DNA of 64,000 nt from Octopus sinensis (GCF_006345805.1 NC_042998.1:113026001-113090000), one strand, 5' to 3'; positions 1-12,419 are shown, numbered from the stretch's first letter. A program made the numbers and translations. The notes: generated by a model from the sequence alone, not told the origin.

Positions 1-196
1 AACCTAAATCCTAAACTCATATACTTCAAATGATCACGATCCCTAGGACAATAAAAATTTGCAAGACCTTAAAATTTAAAGGATGATGAAAAACAACAAG
101 AGCTTTTCTTCACAATCTTGCTATTAAGCAGGTGGCCAGTCAAAATGTATTCTAAATTAAGAAGAGAAAGAGAACATACAAGCATAAAATATATAG

Positions 197-897
197 AGAC
201 ATGAGAAAGTTGTCATGGTGATGCCTGCCCAGTGGCCTATGCAGTGTTGCAGAAACTTTATGGAGAGGAGTGTATGAGCCTCACGCAAGCGTACGAGTGT
301 TTCAGACGTTTCCAAGATGGCCGAAAATCTGTCGATATTGATGAACATTCTAGGAGTCCCGCAACCAGCAGAACTGGGAAGAATATCGCAGATGTGCGTG
401 CATGTGTTAGGAGAAATCGTCGAATCACCATCCGTGAGTTATTAGAGGATGTGCAAATTAGTTATGGTTCAGTTCAATCCATTATCACTTAAGATATGGG
501 TATGAAACGCATGTCTACCAAGTTTGTGCCAAAACAGCTTTCAGCTGACCAAAAGGACACTCGGGTTTCTGTTGCACAAGATCTCCTTGATCGTGTCGAA
601 AACGATGGAAATTTTTGAAAACTTTGCGTAGGCGTCTGAACAGGCATCGTCAAGCTTTTGACAAAATTTGATGCCGATTCTCTGCTCACCTTATTCTTTC
701 ATGGTCAATGAGACGATAACACGCTATACACGTTCCTTCCAATCACTGTTGTAAACAGCAGAAGTGGACTAGAGCGTTAAAACTTAGTGCGCATGCACAG
801 CAGAGATCACGGTCAATTTGTACCAAGCGGCTTTACTCTGCGTGCTTTACCTTCGTTACTATAGCAGCAGTCCGGCGACTTATTGATCAGACGACGT
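197..897 (+). mobile_element. Degenerate Tc1/mariner element (transposase HTH region plus long right terminal repeat)
   Basis: Reads QKLYGEECMS..ECFRRFQDGRKSV..RSPATS..NRRITIRELLE..TKFVPKQLSADQK (mariner N-terminus and WVPR-like linker) with stops. It ends in gacttattgatcagac, the same terminus as 6091-6105. Confidence 0.85.
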
Positions 898-1049
898 ATG
901 TATAAACATCGGTCGCACAATCATAGTGTACGTGTTTTGTTTATACACCCATTCGCTGCAGTAAAGTGGATGAATACAACACATACTGTATGTATGTGCA
1001 ACCGATAATGTTTACATTCTTAGAGTGGCTTTTAATTCGAAATTTAATA

Positions 1050-1051
<2 letters not shown>

Positions 1052-1123
<72 letters not shown>
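1052..1123. repeat. (TG)n microsatellite (other (TG)/(CA) tracts at 1962-2050, 22948-23030, 26671-26746, 46384-46432, 46664-46724)
   Basis: Read directly from the sequence. Confidence 0.97.
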
Positions 1124-1125
<2 letters not shown>

Positions 1126-1960
1126 TGCCTGTGTTTTCATTTCTGTTCTTCTTTTCTGCTTCTTTTCTGTTTTCTCAGTCTTATCTATTCTCTTTCTCCC
1201 TCTCTTTCTTTCTTTCTCTTACTCTTCCTCCCGCTCCCCTTGCTTCACATTTTATATCTGAAAATTAAAAGGTTTCATGATAAAGTTCTCAATGAATATA
1301 TTCAAGAATTGTTTAAATGAAAATATATAGTTATGGTGCAGTAAAGATACAAGCTGCAGAATTTTGTTTATGAATTCTACAGTTTAGAGATTCATGCAAG
1401 AACATGCAGCTTCTTAAATCAAGACATACACAAGCGCCTAAAGCAAATATATACAAATACTCTATGAACACACATTCATACAAACATGCTAGGTTTCTCA
1501 TGCGCGCATACATTCGGGTATGCATTATCTTGTACACGTGTGCAAACAAATTAAAAGCACTCACATGCACAAGTCCGCGCAAACATGAGAATATGTCTAC
1601 ATGGCAGTTCGCATTAATGAAAAAACATACGAATACAGAATAGCTCACACAAACTAAAGAGGGATCCTCTGTGTGTTGGCTTTCACAAACTAGAAATAAC
1701 AGCCAAATTTCTCTGAAACCACATATTACCGTGTTACAGAAAAGAAGGGCATATTGAATGATATTGTTCCAGATATAGAAAATGTCGAGATGGTTATGAT
1801 TAGAATGCTCTTGATTATAGGTGATCATGATCAGACTAGCCTGGAATTAAACAAGAATGACTGCATATAAATTTTGTCACACGTATATAAGCCGTGTATA
1901 CAAATGCAAAGCGGCGCACACGCGTTAACCACAGCTTACAGAAATAGAGCGTGCGTGCGT

Positions 1961-2051
<91 letters not shown>

Positions 2052-3494
2052 ACAGATACATAAGCATCTGAAGGTGAAAAATGCAGATATACCATCGAGA
2101 CTATAAACGGCGACAGAAAGCAGTATAGAAAGTAGAAGCATACTAGAGGCTGCTAGAGATTGCTGTGGTAGCCTGTCGAGTACAGTTAGGACTTCACTAC
2201 ATCATCAAAACGTTGGCCAATGCTAATGCCAATGCCAGAGACAAAACTGAACTCGTAATGCAGTACCAAGGGGCTGCAAGGCTAACCTTCAGGTACATTT
2301 TGACTAGGCAATCTGTTCTAACAAGAAATTCAAAGAGATCAAGGCAAATTGCCATTTATTTTGTTTGCTGTGGCTGACTTCTTGCCAGCTCTCCAAACAA
2401 CCTAAAAATTTTGGGCAAAAGTAAAAAAAAAAAGAGAGAGAATACCTATCATGCAAGCAATTTCGAACAACATTTTGCAACCTGAGGCTCATTTTGACTG
2501 AAGATATTGAAGCATTAGAAAAGCGGTGAATGTATGGCGAGTTCATAGTAGAAATTGACAAATATACGGAATTGCTGAGACTTAAAGCTTACAAGTAACA
2601 TATCACCAACCAAAAGTTTCAATTTCCGATAAAGCTCCTAAAGCAGAATCGACAATGGGAAACCCAGAGCTTTCCATTTGGCACCGAACCTCTGAGTGAG
2701 AGATGAAAGGAAGACTCGTGATGCCAGTAGAAATAACAGTAACATCCAGCCAACCATACATCGTTCTTCTGTCCAGAAGCATAAAAGAATATACTGTATA
2801 TACGCTGACTGATAGGGAGATGGCTTTGACGTCTTCCAATAACTGAAGAAAGCCCAGCACCAGTATTTGATTCAAGTAGATTTTGTCATAAGATGGAAAG
2901 CAAATTCATTCCCCACTGAAACCGTCTGCAACGGTTTCCCAGCAAGATCAACCCTATCTTACAGAAAGTTGATTTTGAAACCAAAATACTCAACAAAGCC
3001 ATGGTGGGATGGGGGTGGAGAGATAGCTATGGAAGCTCGTGCATACGCGCGGCATGTTTCTGTGCTATACAATACTTACAAAATACAACTACGGACGATT
3101 AGCCAAACGGTTATGTATAGACTTACATACGTATAATAAACATGTATACACTTACATATGTATAATAAACACCCCAACAACCTCTATGGAATTCCGCTGA
3201 GGAACACTGTGTCCACATACCACGGTACCGGCGAGAAACCATGTGTGTGTGTGTGTGTGTAAGAGGTTTTGGTATCCAGAAGACACAAAATGGCTGGTAA
3301 AGCTATGTAAGTGCTACGGAAGGACCGTAGTTAGACGCCCGGTCCAATAATAGTATGAGTAAGGAGTCTAATGTGGGTCGTGTATGAGCGTGTATACGTA
3401 AAATAAAATGAAACAACAAAGCCAAGGCAGTGTGGAATTTCTAGGACATTTAAAAGGTCCTAGAAATTTCACTCTGCCTTGGCTTTGTTGTCTC

Positions 3495-3727
<233 letters not shown>

Positions 3728-4253
3728 TATGTTATATTGTAATAATTACTGGTGTCTTTATATATTAATATATTTTATATCTTATAGTAAAGCATAATAT
3801 GTTATACATGTATCTATATTCTTGTAATTGTCAGTTTAGTAAATAAAAAATAAGTTGACATAATATAATGTCTAAAAGTTAATGAACCACCTATTAAGCC
3901 CCTTCATTTTCTTATTGGTCTATAAATTAATGGTAAAATATCTCTTTACCTTCACTCATTTAGTACAGTAGGTAATGTAACTGCAATACAATAAAAACAC
4001 AAATCTCCAAGAAGTTAAGGAGATAGACAAAGAAGATGTTGTCTCTACTTCAGCATAGAAGTTATATTTTAAAGTGATGTAATGATTGCATTGTTCAATT
4101 AAATAGAGTTGCATCAAACGATCGTACTACATTACCTCTGGATATCCTTGTTGCTTGTTTTTATTTTAATCACCTTATTTTGAAATTGTATGGCTAATAC
4201 TGGTGCCTCAACTTAAATACCATATTCATCTGAATATATATATATATATATAT

Positions 4254-5390
4254 GGTCATCCATATATTATGAGATTTTTCTATACTTCTTATATTTTTCA
4301 AAATTAAGATAAACAAAGTTCTATTTTTAATCTAAAATATACTCTCTTTCATTTTCTACAATGCTCTTCTATGTATCTGGCATACTTGCAATGCACCTCT
4401 TCCAAAATCTATTTGTCTGTGACGCAAAATACTCCTCCAATACTGTTTTAACCACGTCTACAGAATTCGTATTTTTTCCGTCCAAATGATTTTGATAACT
4501 GCGAAACATATGATAATCAGATAGGGCAACGTCCGACGAATATGGTGGGTGGGGTATCATTTCCCATTCAAACTGTTCCAGCTTTTGGAATGTCGCTGTA
4601 TGTGGCCGAGAATTGTCTTCATGAGAGAACATTTTTCGTCTTGAAACCAAAGATGGTCGTTCTAGCAATAGATCTCCTTTTTTATCGTTTGGTGTCGGTT
4701 TAAAAGTTCAAAACGGACTTAACCTTTCAGATAACAACACCTTACGCGGGTGAAGACCTTTTTTGACCCTGTTTATCGGTGTTTCTCCTTTCTCTGCTCA
4801 CTGGCTTCGGCGCTTGACATTTTTATAGATAACCCATTTCTTGTCACCAGTCACTATTCGGTAAAAAAAAAATGGTTCATTTGTGAGACGTGACAGCAAA
4901 CCAGAGCACACATTCACTCTCTGCGCGCGATTAGACTTGTAATGTTTGTAAGAAAGACTTTGACCCAATTTGCTGACTTTTCCGAAGGCACGCAGATGTC
5001 AATGAATGGTTGAATGATCAAATCCAAGCTTCTCTGCTAGTTCCTCAACAGTTACGATGGGATTTTCTTCCACCAGGGTTTGTAGGACGTTCTCGTTCAG
5101 CTTTACAGATCTTCCAGGACGAAGCTCGTCTTCTAGACTGTAGCTTCCGGTTCGGAATTTCTGGAACCACCGTTGAAACTGGCTCATGTTTATTGTCCGA
5201 TCCCCACATACTGCATTAATATTTATCGCACTTTCGTTGCGTTTGTTGCCTTTATTGAACTCAAAGCAAAATATTCCTAATATGCTCCTTTATCACTTCC
5301 ATTATACCTTTGAAAAAATAACTGTTAAAATCGAACTGCACTTTTCAAAACTTGCACTAAGAATAAGGACAAGGTAAAATTACCACTGGT
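4254..5390 (-). mobile_element. Degenerate mariner (Mos1-like) transposon
   Basis: Start MEVIKEHIR at 5302, QRWFQKFRTG..EDELRPGRS..TVEELAEKLG, VTGDKKWV, and IPHPPYSSDVALSDYHMFRS (YSPDL-type motif), with multiple frameshifts. Boundaries are approximate. Confidence 0.9.
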
Positions 5391-5740
5391 TTTAATAGCA
5401 AGTTGGGGCAGGTAGTTTATCCTGTGCCCCTCCGACTTTTAGTTCATACAATTGAAAATACTGCATTATTTATGGGACGACACAATATATATACATATCT
5501 AAATACACACATGCATACGCATGCATATATTTGTATGTGTTTATCTATATATTTATGTGAATGTAATGTAACAGTATCAATCTATAAATCGTGGTAAAAG
5601 CAGCTGGTTACCTCCCAATATGAACTAGGCTTGTACAAAAAATACAAATGAATCACTAATTGATAAGTTTATTAACCAATACATCAAAAACACTTCGTCC
5701 CATATCGAGATTGGACAGAAAATTCTGATAAGATGACGTA

Positions 5741-6108
5741 TGTGGTCTGATCAATAAGTATCCGGACTATTGCCACAGTATCCGGACTATTGCCACAGTA
5801 TCCGGACTATTGCCACAGTATCCGGACTATTGCCACAGTATCCGGACTATTGCCACTCCTCTCCATACACTTTCTGCAACTTTGCGTAGGCCTCTGAGTA
5901 GGTATCGCCATGACAACTTTCTCTGTCAGGGTCAATGACACATCTTCCTTCCAAGTACTGCAGTAAACAGCGGAAGTGAGCTAGAACATTAAGACTTAGT
6001 GCGCATGCACAGCAGAGTTCAAGGTCAATCTTTGCCAAGCGGCTTCACTCTGCGTGGTTTAGCTTTGTTACTATGGCAACAGTTCGGATACTTATTGATC
6101 AGACCTTT
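5741..6108 (-). mobile_element. Internally deleted mariner derivative (MITE-like) with a 5x tandem 20-bp TIR sub-repeat
   Basis: Terminal inverted repeats ggtctgatcaataagtatccgga / ttcggatacttattgatcagacc flanked by TA. The short transposase piece ESCHGDTYSEAYAKLQKVYGEE on the minus strand matches 200-270 (+). Confidence 0.8.
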
Positions 6109-6184
6109 TATACTATACAACTACAGTTCACAAGCATCAAATGTTTTTTATTAGAAAGAATTACGCAAAAAAATTGTGTGAGAA

Positions 6185-6253
<69 letters not shown>

Positions 6254-6357
6254 GAGAGAGAGAGAGAGACACGCATTGCAAACTATTTCAAAAGTAAATA
6301 TATATAATTATAATATATATAATTTTCTATTTTGACATTATTTCATGATTTCTGCAG

Positions 6358-6855
6358 ATTTGTCAAGCGACCAAATATCTCCACGACCAAAACATCACAC
6401 ATCGAGATCTTAAGCTGGAAAATCTTCTCTTAGACCAAAGTAACTCAGTAAAGATTACAGATTTCAGCTTTGCCAAACTTAATCCGAAACACGATCTCAG
6501 TCGAACGTACTGTGGATCGAAATCGTACGCATCTCCAGAAATATTGACTGGAGAACCATATGACCCACATAAAGCTGATGTTTGGGCTATTGGTGCTATA
6601 ATGTACATCATATGTACCGGTAAGATGCCATTTAACGAAAACAGGGGTTTGAAAAAAATCCTTGAAGAACAAAAGAATCTTGTTTTTCCGTGGTTTAGAT
6701 TTCAACTCTCCGAATGTTTTCAAAAGTTAATATGTTGTATATTTACTTATAATTATATCAAGAGACCCTCGATTGAAGTTATACTTGAAAGTGAATGGCT
6801 CAAAGAGAAAAAAAGTTCACTTCAATCTCTGCCTGATAATGAAAAGGATATGTAG
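6358..6855 (+). CDS. TSSK: TSSK-like kinase gene A, terminal exon (exon 3; C-lobe); exons 1-2 lie upstream of the window
   Basis: Acceptor tttctgcag at 6349-6357, then an open frame ICQATKYLHDQNITHRDLKLENLLLD..KITDFSFAK..LSRTYCGSKSYASPE..KADVWAIG..TGKMPF to TAG at 6853-6855 (166 codons). It is in frame with ORF-track 6544..6855 and has the same exon start as genes B and C. Confidence 0.92.
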   Translation: MCQATKYLHDQNITHRDLKLENLLLDQSNSVKITDFSFAKLNPKHDLSRTYCGSKSYASPEILTGEPYDPHKADVWAIGAIMYIICTGKMPFNENRGLKKILEEQKNLVFPWFRFQLSECFQKLICCIFTYNYIKRPSIEVILESEWLKEKKSSLQSLPDNEKDM

Positions 6856-6986
6856 AGCGGAAAGGGGTTACAAATAGCACCTTCTTCCAACTCTCCAAAC
6901 CCCACCCCTAGTATTCCACCTTCGAATTCTGAACGCTCCTTAATTGTTTGGAATTTATCTGTGACCATTTCTTTGTCCCACCCCCT

Positions 6987-7099
6987 CTTCTTCTTCTTCT
7001 TCTTCTTCTTCTTCTTCTTCTTCTTCTTCTTCTTCTTCTTCTTCTTCTTCTTCTTCTTCTTCTTCTTCTTCTTCTTCTTCTTCTTCTTCTTCTTCTTCT
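6987..7099. repeat. (CTT)n, about 37 units, just 3' of the gene A stop
   Basis: Read directly from the sequence; AATAAA follows at 7156. Confidence 0.97.
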
Positions 7100-7224
7100 C
7101 TTTCTACTACTACTACTACCTCAACTAGCTATGTAATGAGATGTTTATTTTTTTAAATAAAAACGAACAAGATCAGAAAACAAATAAAAAATAAATGGTT
7201 TATTATAATAAAATTTATTTATAT

Positions 7225-9860
7225 TATTATTCAGTAGTAATTTTTTACACGTGTTTTCATAGCGCTACCGAGCGCAGTTCTGTGTAACTTGGTTATGTGT
7301 TGTAGTTTGTTTTGTTGCTGTTATTTTTTGCAAGTAGTTTACGTAAGATGGGTGCGGTGCCTAGTAGTGTCATTTTTTGTTTTATATGTATTCATAAGTC
7401 CTAGTATTTTAGTTATGAAATTTGTCTGAATGTTTTTTAATCACACCTAATGTACCTGTTATTATAGGTATGGCTTCTGCTTTTAAGCTCCACATTTGAG
7501 TTATCTCTACTTCCAGATTTCTGTATTTTGAGAATTACTCTTTTTAGAGATACATCATCATCTGTTGGGATTGATGCATCGATTAGAAGGCATTTTTCTT
7601 GATGATCTCTGACAACTATATCTGGTATATAAGCCTGAATTTCTCTCTCTGTGTGTATTTGCATATCCCAGAGTGTAGTTGCTTTGTCATTTTCTGAGAC
7701 TTTTCTGGAGTGTACCTATACCATCTTCTTTCTGCTGTCATTCCATAATGTTCCATAGCTTCTAGTGTATATAGGTTCCAACTGTGATATGCCTGTGGAT
7801 ATATTCCGTCTTAGGCAGGACTGGGCAGCCAGAGGCAATATGATTTATTGTTTCTTCCCCATCACCGCATATTCTACAGTTATTTGTTATATTTTTCTTC
7901 ATTATGAGTTTCCTGTGGTTTCTGGTGAGGAGGCTTTGATCTTGTGCTGCAATTAAAAATCCTTCAGTCTCTGCTTTGAGTCCAAAAGAATTTTACTTTG
8001 TCTATTTATTTTCCGTTTAACTTATTCCCGATTTGCCATGTAAAGGCTTTTCTTACCATCGTTTTATCATGGCATTTTGCTGTTCCAGTTTTGGTTTGGA
8101 TTTCAGATGTTTTACAGTTTTTGTTGTTTCTTCTTTTCTTCATAGTTGTCAGGTACTATGACTTCTTTCTTCTATTTTTCAGTTTCCTTAAAGACAGAAA
8201 ACAGCTTTTTGTTTTGCACGTGTTTTGTGGCTGTTTATATCAGTTTTCCTAGCTTTTGAATTAGATATTTCTGTAATCCTATGACAATTACAAGAATATA
8301 GATACATGTATAACATATAAGAGTTTATAAGAGTTTTCTAGTTGTATAAGGCCTTTACCACCTTTAATTCGTTGTATATATAATCTTTCTATGTCAGATT
8401 TTGGGTGGTGCATCCTAAGTTCTGTCATTATTTTTCTTGTTTTCCTGTCTAGTTTGATTTGTTCATTTAGAGTCCAGTTAAGAATATTGTAACTGTAACT
8501 TATAACTGGGACGGCTAGAGTGTTGATACCTATTATCTTGTCTTTTGATTTGAGTTCTGTTTTTAGTATTAATCTAACTCGTCTATAGTATTCCTTCCTT
8601 ATCTTCCCATTCATTCGTCTGTGTTGTATCGTATCTAGTTTATTGATCCCTAAATATTTGCATGTCTGGCTTTGGTCTAATTCTCTTATTTCATTTGCTT
8701 TATCTAGTGTGATATTGTTACTGTTAACTAGTTTCCTCTTTTCAAGGTTGCTTTGACACATTTTTCTAAACCGAATTTTATGTTTATTTCTTTGATAAAG
8801 CCATACATTGTATGTAGTAATATTTCCACTTGTTTATCATTTGCATCATACGATTTTAAATCATCCATATACAAGAGATGGTTGATTGCTTTACTGTAAC
8901 AGTTGTATCCATAACCAGTTCAGTTTAGAATTTTAGTTAAAAGTATCAGTGTCAGGTGGAAAAGGAGTGGAGAGAGCAAGTCTCCTTGGAATATTCTTCT
9001 TCTAATGGGGATGACTTTAGTTTTTGTCTGGAGCTGCAGCATTGTTTGCCATTTACTCATGAAATGATTTATATATTTTATTATTATTTGTACTACCTTG
9101 TTCGTGGTTAGTGTTTCCTGGATCCTTGTGTGGAGAATATTGCCAAAAGCCTTTCGAAAATCGATCATGGCTTTATTGATTAATAACTGATCTTTACAGC
9201 CATATGAGCCTTTGCAACATCCCTTCTGCTCTTATGGAAACAAGTTGTTTTCTTCCAGATGTTTGTCCATTCTCTGCTGTACTATTACAGTTAAGGTTTT
9301 GAAAATTGTAGGGAAGCATATTATGGCTATGTAGTTTTGTGGATTTGTCGTTTCAGTGCATTTGGAAATTAGGATGGTTTTCTCTTCTGTGAGCCATTCA
9401 GGCGTTGTCTCTGTCCCTGTTAGTATCTCATTGAATGTCTCGGCTATCGCCTTGTGTATTCCTAATAAATATTTTAACCAAAAATTGGGGATCTTGTCGT
9501 GGCCGGGCGCCTTCCAGTTGCTAAGTTTTTGCAGTGCCTTAGTGACTTCTTCCGTTGTTACAGGCATCCGAAGTTGTTCAGATGCTGTCTTTATATTTTG
9601 AATAGATTTTTTTCTGAGGTTGTTCCTTCGCCGACCATACTTTTTTTCCACAATTCCTCACTTCTTCTGCTCACTATTTTATTTTTGCCAGGTTCTTGGT
9701 AGAATCGTTTTGGCGTGAAGTTCAGCTGTCTGTTCTGTTCAAAGAATCGTTGGAGTTTCTCATACCGACAGATTCTTTGTGCTATGACAAGGATATCTTG
9801 CTTCAGCTGTTCTTTTATCTCAGGTATACTTTGTTCTGTAATTTCGTATTTTCGTTGTAC
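7225..9860 (-). mobile_element. Degenerate R4/Dong-like RLE non-LTR retrotransposon
   Basis: Minus-strand ORFs WKAPGHDKIPNFWLK, IDFRKAF..RRIFQGDLLSPLLF, KYLGIN..EYYRRVRLILKTEL..HHPKSDIERLY, GLKAETEGFLIAAQDQSL and PDIVVRD..LLIDASIP (RT plus restriction-like endonuclease). The 3' end runs into degenerate TAA. Confidence 0.9.
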
Positions 9861-11711
9861 TTTTCAAAGTTTTAATACACAAACAAAAGCAGTAAAACGA
9901 AAAATTAAGAAACACCATAATAGACAACATGCTTAACAACAATAGAAACAACAGCAGCAGTAATAAATAAAATATCCATATACATGCATATACTACGTTG
10001 AACGAAAATAACAACATATTGCTATCTTTCACAAACGTTCCTTGGAGCAAAATGTACCCTACATGTGAAATATTTTGCTGAGATCACAAAAGCCTGACTG
10101 CATTTTGATCACGAGACAGATACCAGCCAACCACACCGTGACGTGCGAGAAGGAAATAACTTACTTATACTTTGCCAAAGATACAGCTTTCTTTGTTTCA
10201 TCAAACGAAGACTTGGAAGCAATCCTGGCAAATATTTTAAGTGATATCTTTATTGGTAGAAAGAAGGTGTATGGCACCATAAGTGTTATCTTTAAAACAG
10301 AGGACAGAGTAAAATCCAAAGACAATTTGTTCGAGACAACTTGTTCATATATGAGTCCCACCAAATTTCTCTCCGCTAGCAAAATAACCAAGTGCACATT
10401 TTGCACCAAAAGCCAATGTGAGTTTCTTTCATGGTAACTAGCGTAATATAGTTTGTTTTAACAGAACATCCATGCTTAAGTGGGAATAAATATTACCTCT
10501 CGGTACTAATACTACCTCTATCACTAATAACAAGCTCACTGGCTAATCACGACACCAGTGCCTGTTCTGGCATTTATTCTATGTATCGCTGGTGGGGAAA
10601 TGAATCGCTGCTATCTCCAGCGTTCGAGCGTTCATCATTGACGATACCAAGGAAGGTCAAAATCACGTGATCTGGTGGTTTCGGCATTAGAGGTGGCGAG
10701 GATTTATCTCCCCGCAAGCCTTATAAACAAGTGTGCATTTTGCACCAAAAGCCTATGTGAGAGTTTTTCTTATATCTACCGCAGTATAGTTTGTTCTAAC
10801 AGAAGATCCACATTTAAGTGATGCTAAATATTACTACAAGAATTACTGTCAGAGACATCTTTGACGACATCAGCCCTTAACTATACAAAACTTACGAAGC
10901 ACAATATAAGCAGGTAGTTATTTCCGATGCAACTTTTGGAGATATATGGTTGGATACGGTTACATACGAGTCCTCGTGACCCTGTAAGGATAGAAAGCAA
11001 CTGCAAAACTGTATCCAGGAAATGGTGCTGAGACGAATACCTTAAAACTCAGCCTTAGAAGACTTTGTAATCAAATAAAACATCCAATACGCCACAACGT
11101 GGATTTTGGGGCGTTATGGGATGGCTTAGAAAAGTTTTAATCGAACTTTATGCATATCAGATTGTATGAGGAAAATGGATGACCTGATAAGAAAACTAAT
11201 GGAGAATTTGTGACACAATAAGCTAAAATAATTGAAGAAAATTCTTATTGGTTAAAACAAACATTTAATGTTGATGGAGCTAGTCTATTCTAAAAGGATA
11301 TAGAAATTTTATACCAAGAGCAGAAAAACCGGTTTGTGGATTCAAAATACCGAAAAGTTAAATCACATTGTTTTTGAAATGCAATGAATTAAGTGACTTT
11401 CATAATGCCTTGTTAATTAACGGGATTTTTTTTTCATTCACGTACAATGAGAGGACTGAATAAAAATAGCCTCTTTAGTTCAATAGCATGCGAATAAAAA
11501 ATCATGGCTGACTGCTACAATATTCGAAAACGTTTTATCAAAACTTTGTGAAGCTGAAATTTATACTAAAACAAAAATGATGACTTTGAAATGTTATTAC
11601 AAACTGATAACGCTCCACAGCATCCTTGTAATTTAAAACACCTCAACGCTACTGCTCTGTTTTTATTGTGTATCAATAATACAATTCTTATCCAACTATT
11701 ATTTAGTTCAC

Positions 11712-11907
11712 GTAATAAGAGAGGGACCACATGTGGTCACTCTAACGCTAGAAATAGATCCGCAAAGGGAACCTACCACTAAATAATTGTTCTCAAGCAT
11801 TAATTCAACACTGAACTAATGCTTGAGAACAATTCTTTAGTGGTGGATTCCCTTTGCGGATCTATTTCTAGCGTTAGAGTGACCACATGTGGTCCCTCTC
11901 TTATTAC
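11712..11907. repeat. Near-perfect 196-bp fold-back palindrome
   Basis: Arms 11712-11807 and 11812-11907 are reverse complements with 4 mismatches; the loop is ACAC. Confidence 0.95.
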
Positions 11908-12201
11908 TTGTATTAATAATTTTTACTGTATCACAGTTTTTTTTACGCTAGGCCACTTGGTGTTTTAAATTGATGTTATTAATTAATATTCAATTTTTTC
12001 ACCCTTATTGTGATTTTAATTATTATTTAGTTCACGGTATACTTTGTAAGTATAAGACAAATTATGTTAAATATTCCTACAAAAATACTGGGTGGTGGGA
12101 AAGAAAACTTGTGACTAATTTCAGGAGTATAAAACTATGATACATTTCTAAATATCCGAGAGATTTATACTGTAGTAACACGATGAAGTGGTAAAATATT
12201 A

Positions 12202-12419
12202 TCAACTTAACGTGACAGTCCCATGAAAGAGAATACTACTACTGCTATTTAGCCCTAGGAAGCACCGCTTCCTGTCGGCCTCCTGGGTGGAGGTGCTTAT
12301 CTCCCCCTTTGTAAACATAAGGACACAGGAATTGTGTCAAGGCCGACAGGAAGCGGTGCTTCCTAGGGCTAAATAGCAGTAGTATTCTTCCCTTTCATGG
12401 GACTGTCACATTAAGTTGA
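12202..12419. mobile_element. Fold-back MITE with about 80-bp TIRs
   Basis: 12202-12281 is the reverse complement of 12340-12419 (inner ~45 bp perfect: tactactgctatttagccctaggaagcaccgcttcctgtcggcct), with a ~58-bp spacer. Confidence 0.85.

Noticed and set aside
2165-2900. Possible Gypsy gag remnant (RQIAIYFVCCG, FEQHF, GEFIVE)
   Set aside because: The motifs are scattered over frames and too decayed to support by eye.
5757-5856. Five identical 20-bp repeats as a CRISPR-like array
   Set aside because: There are no spacers, the repeat is part of a mariner TIR, and the context is eukaryotic.
10075-10437. 120-aa ORF as a host gene
   Set aside because: It has no recognisable domain or splice context, and shows weak resemblance to a LINE ORF1 fragment.
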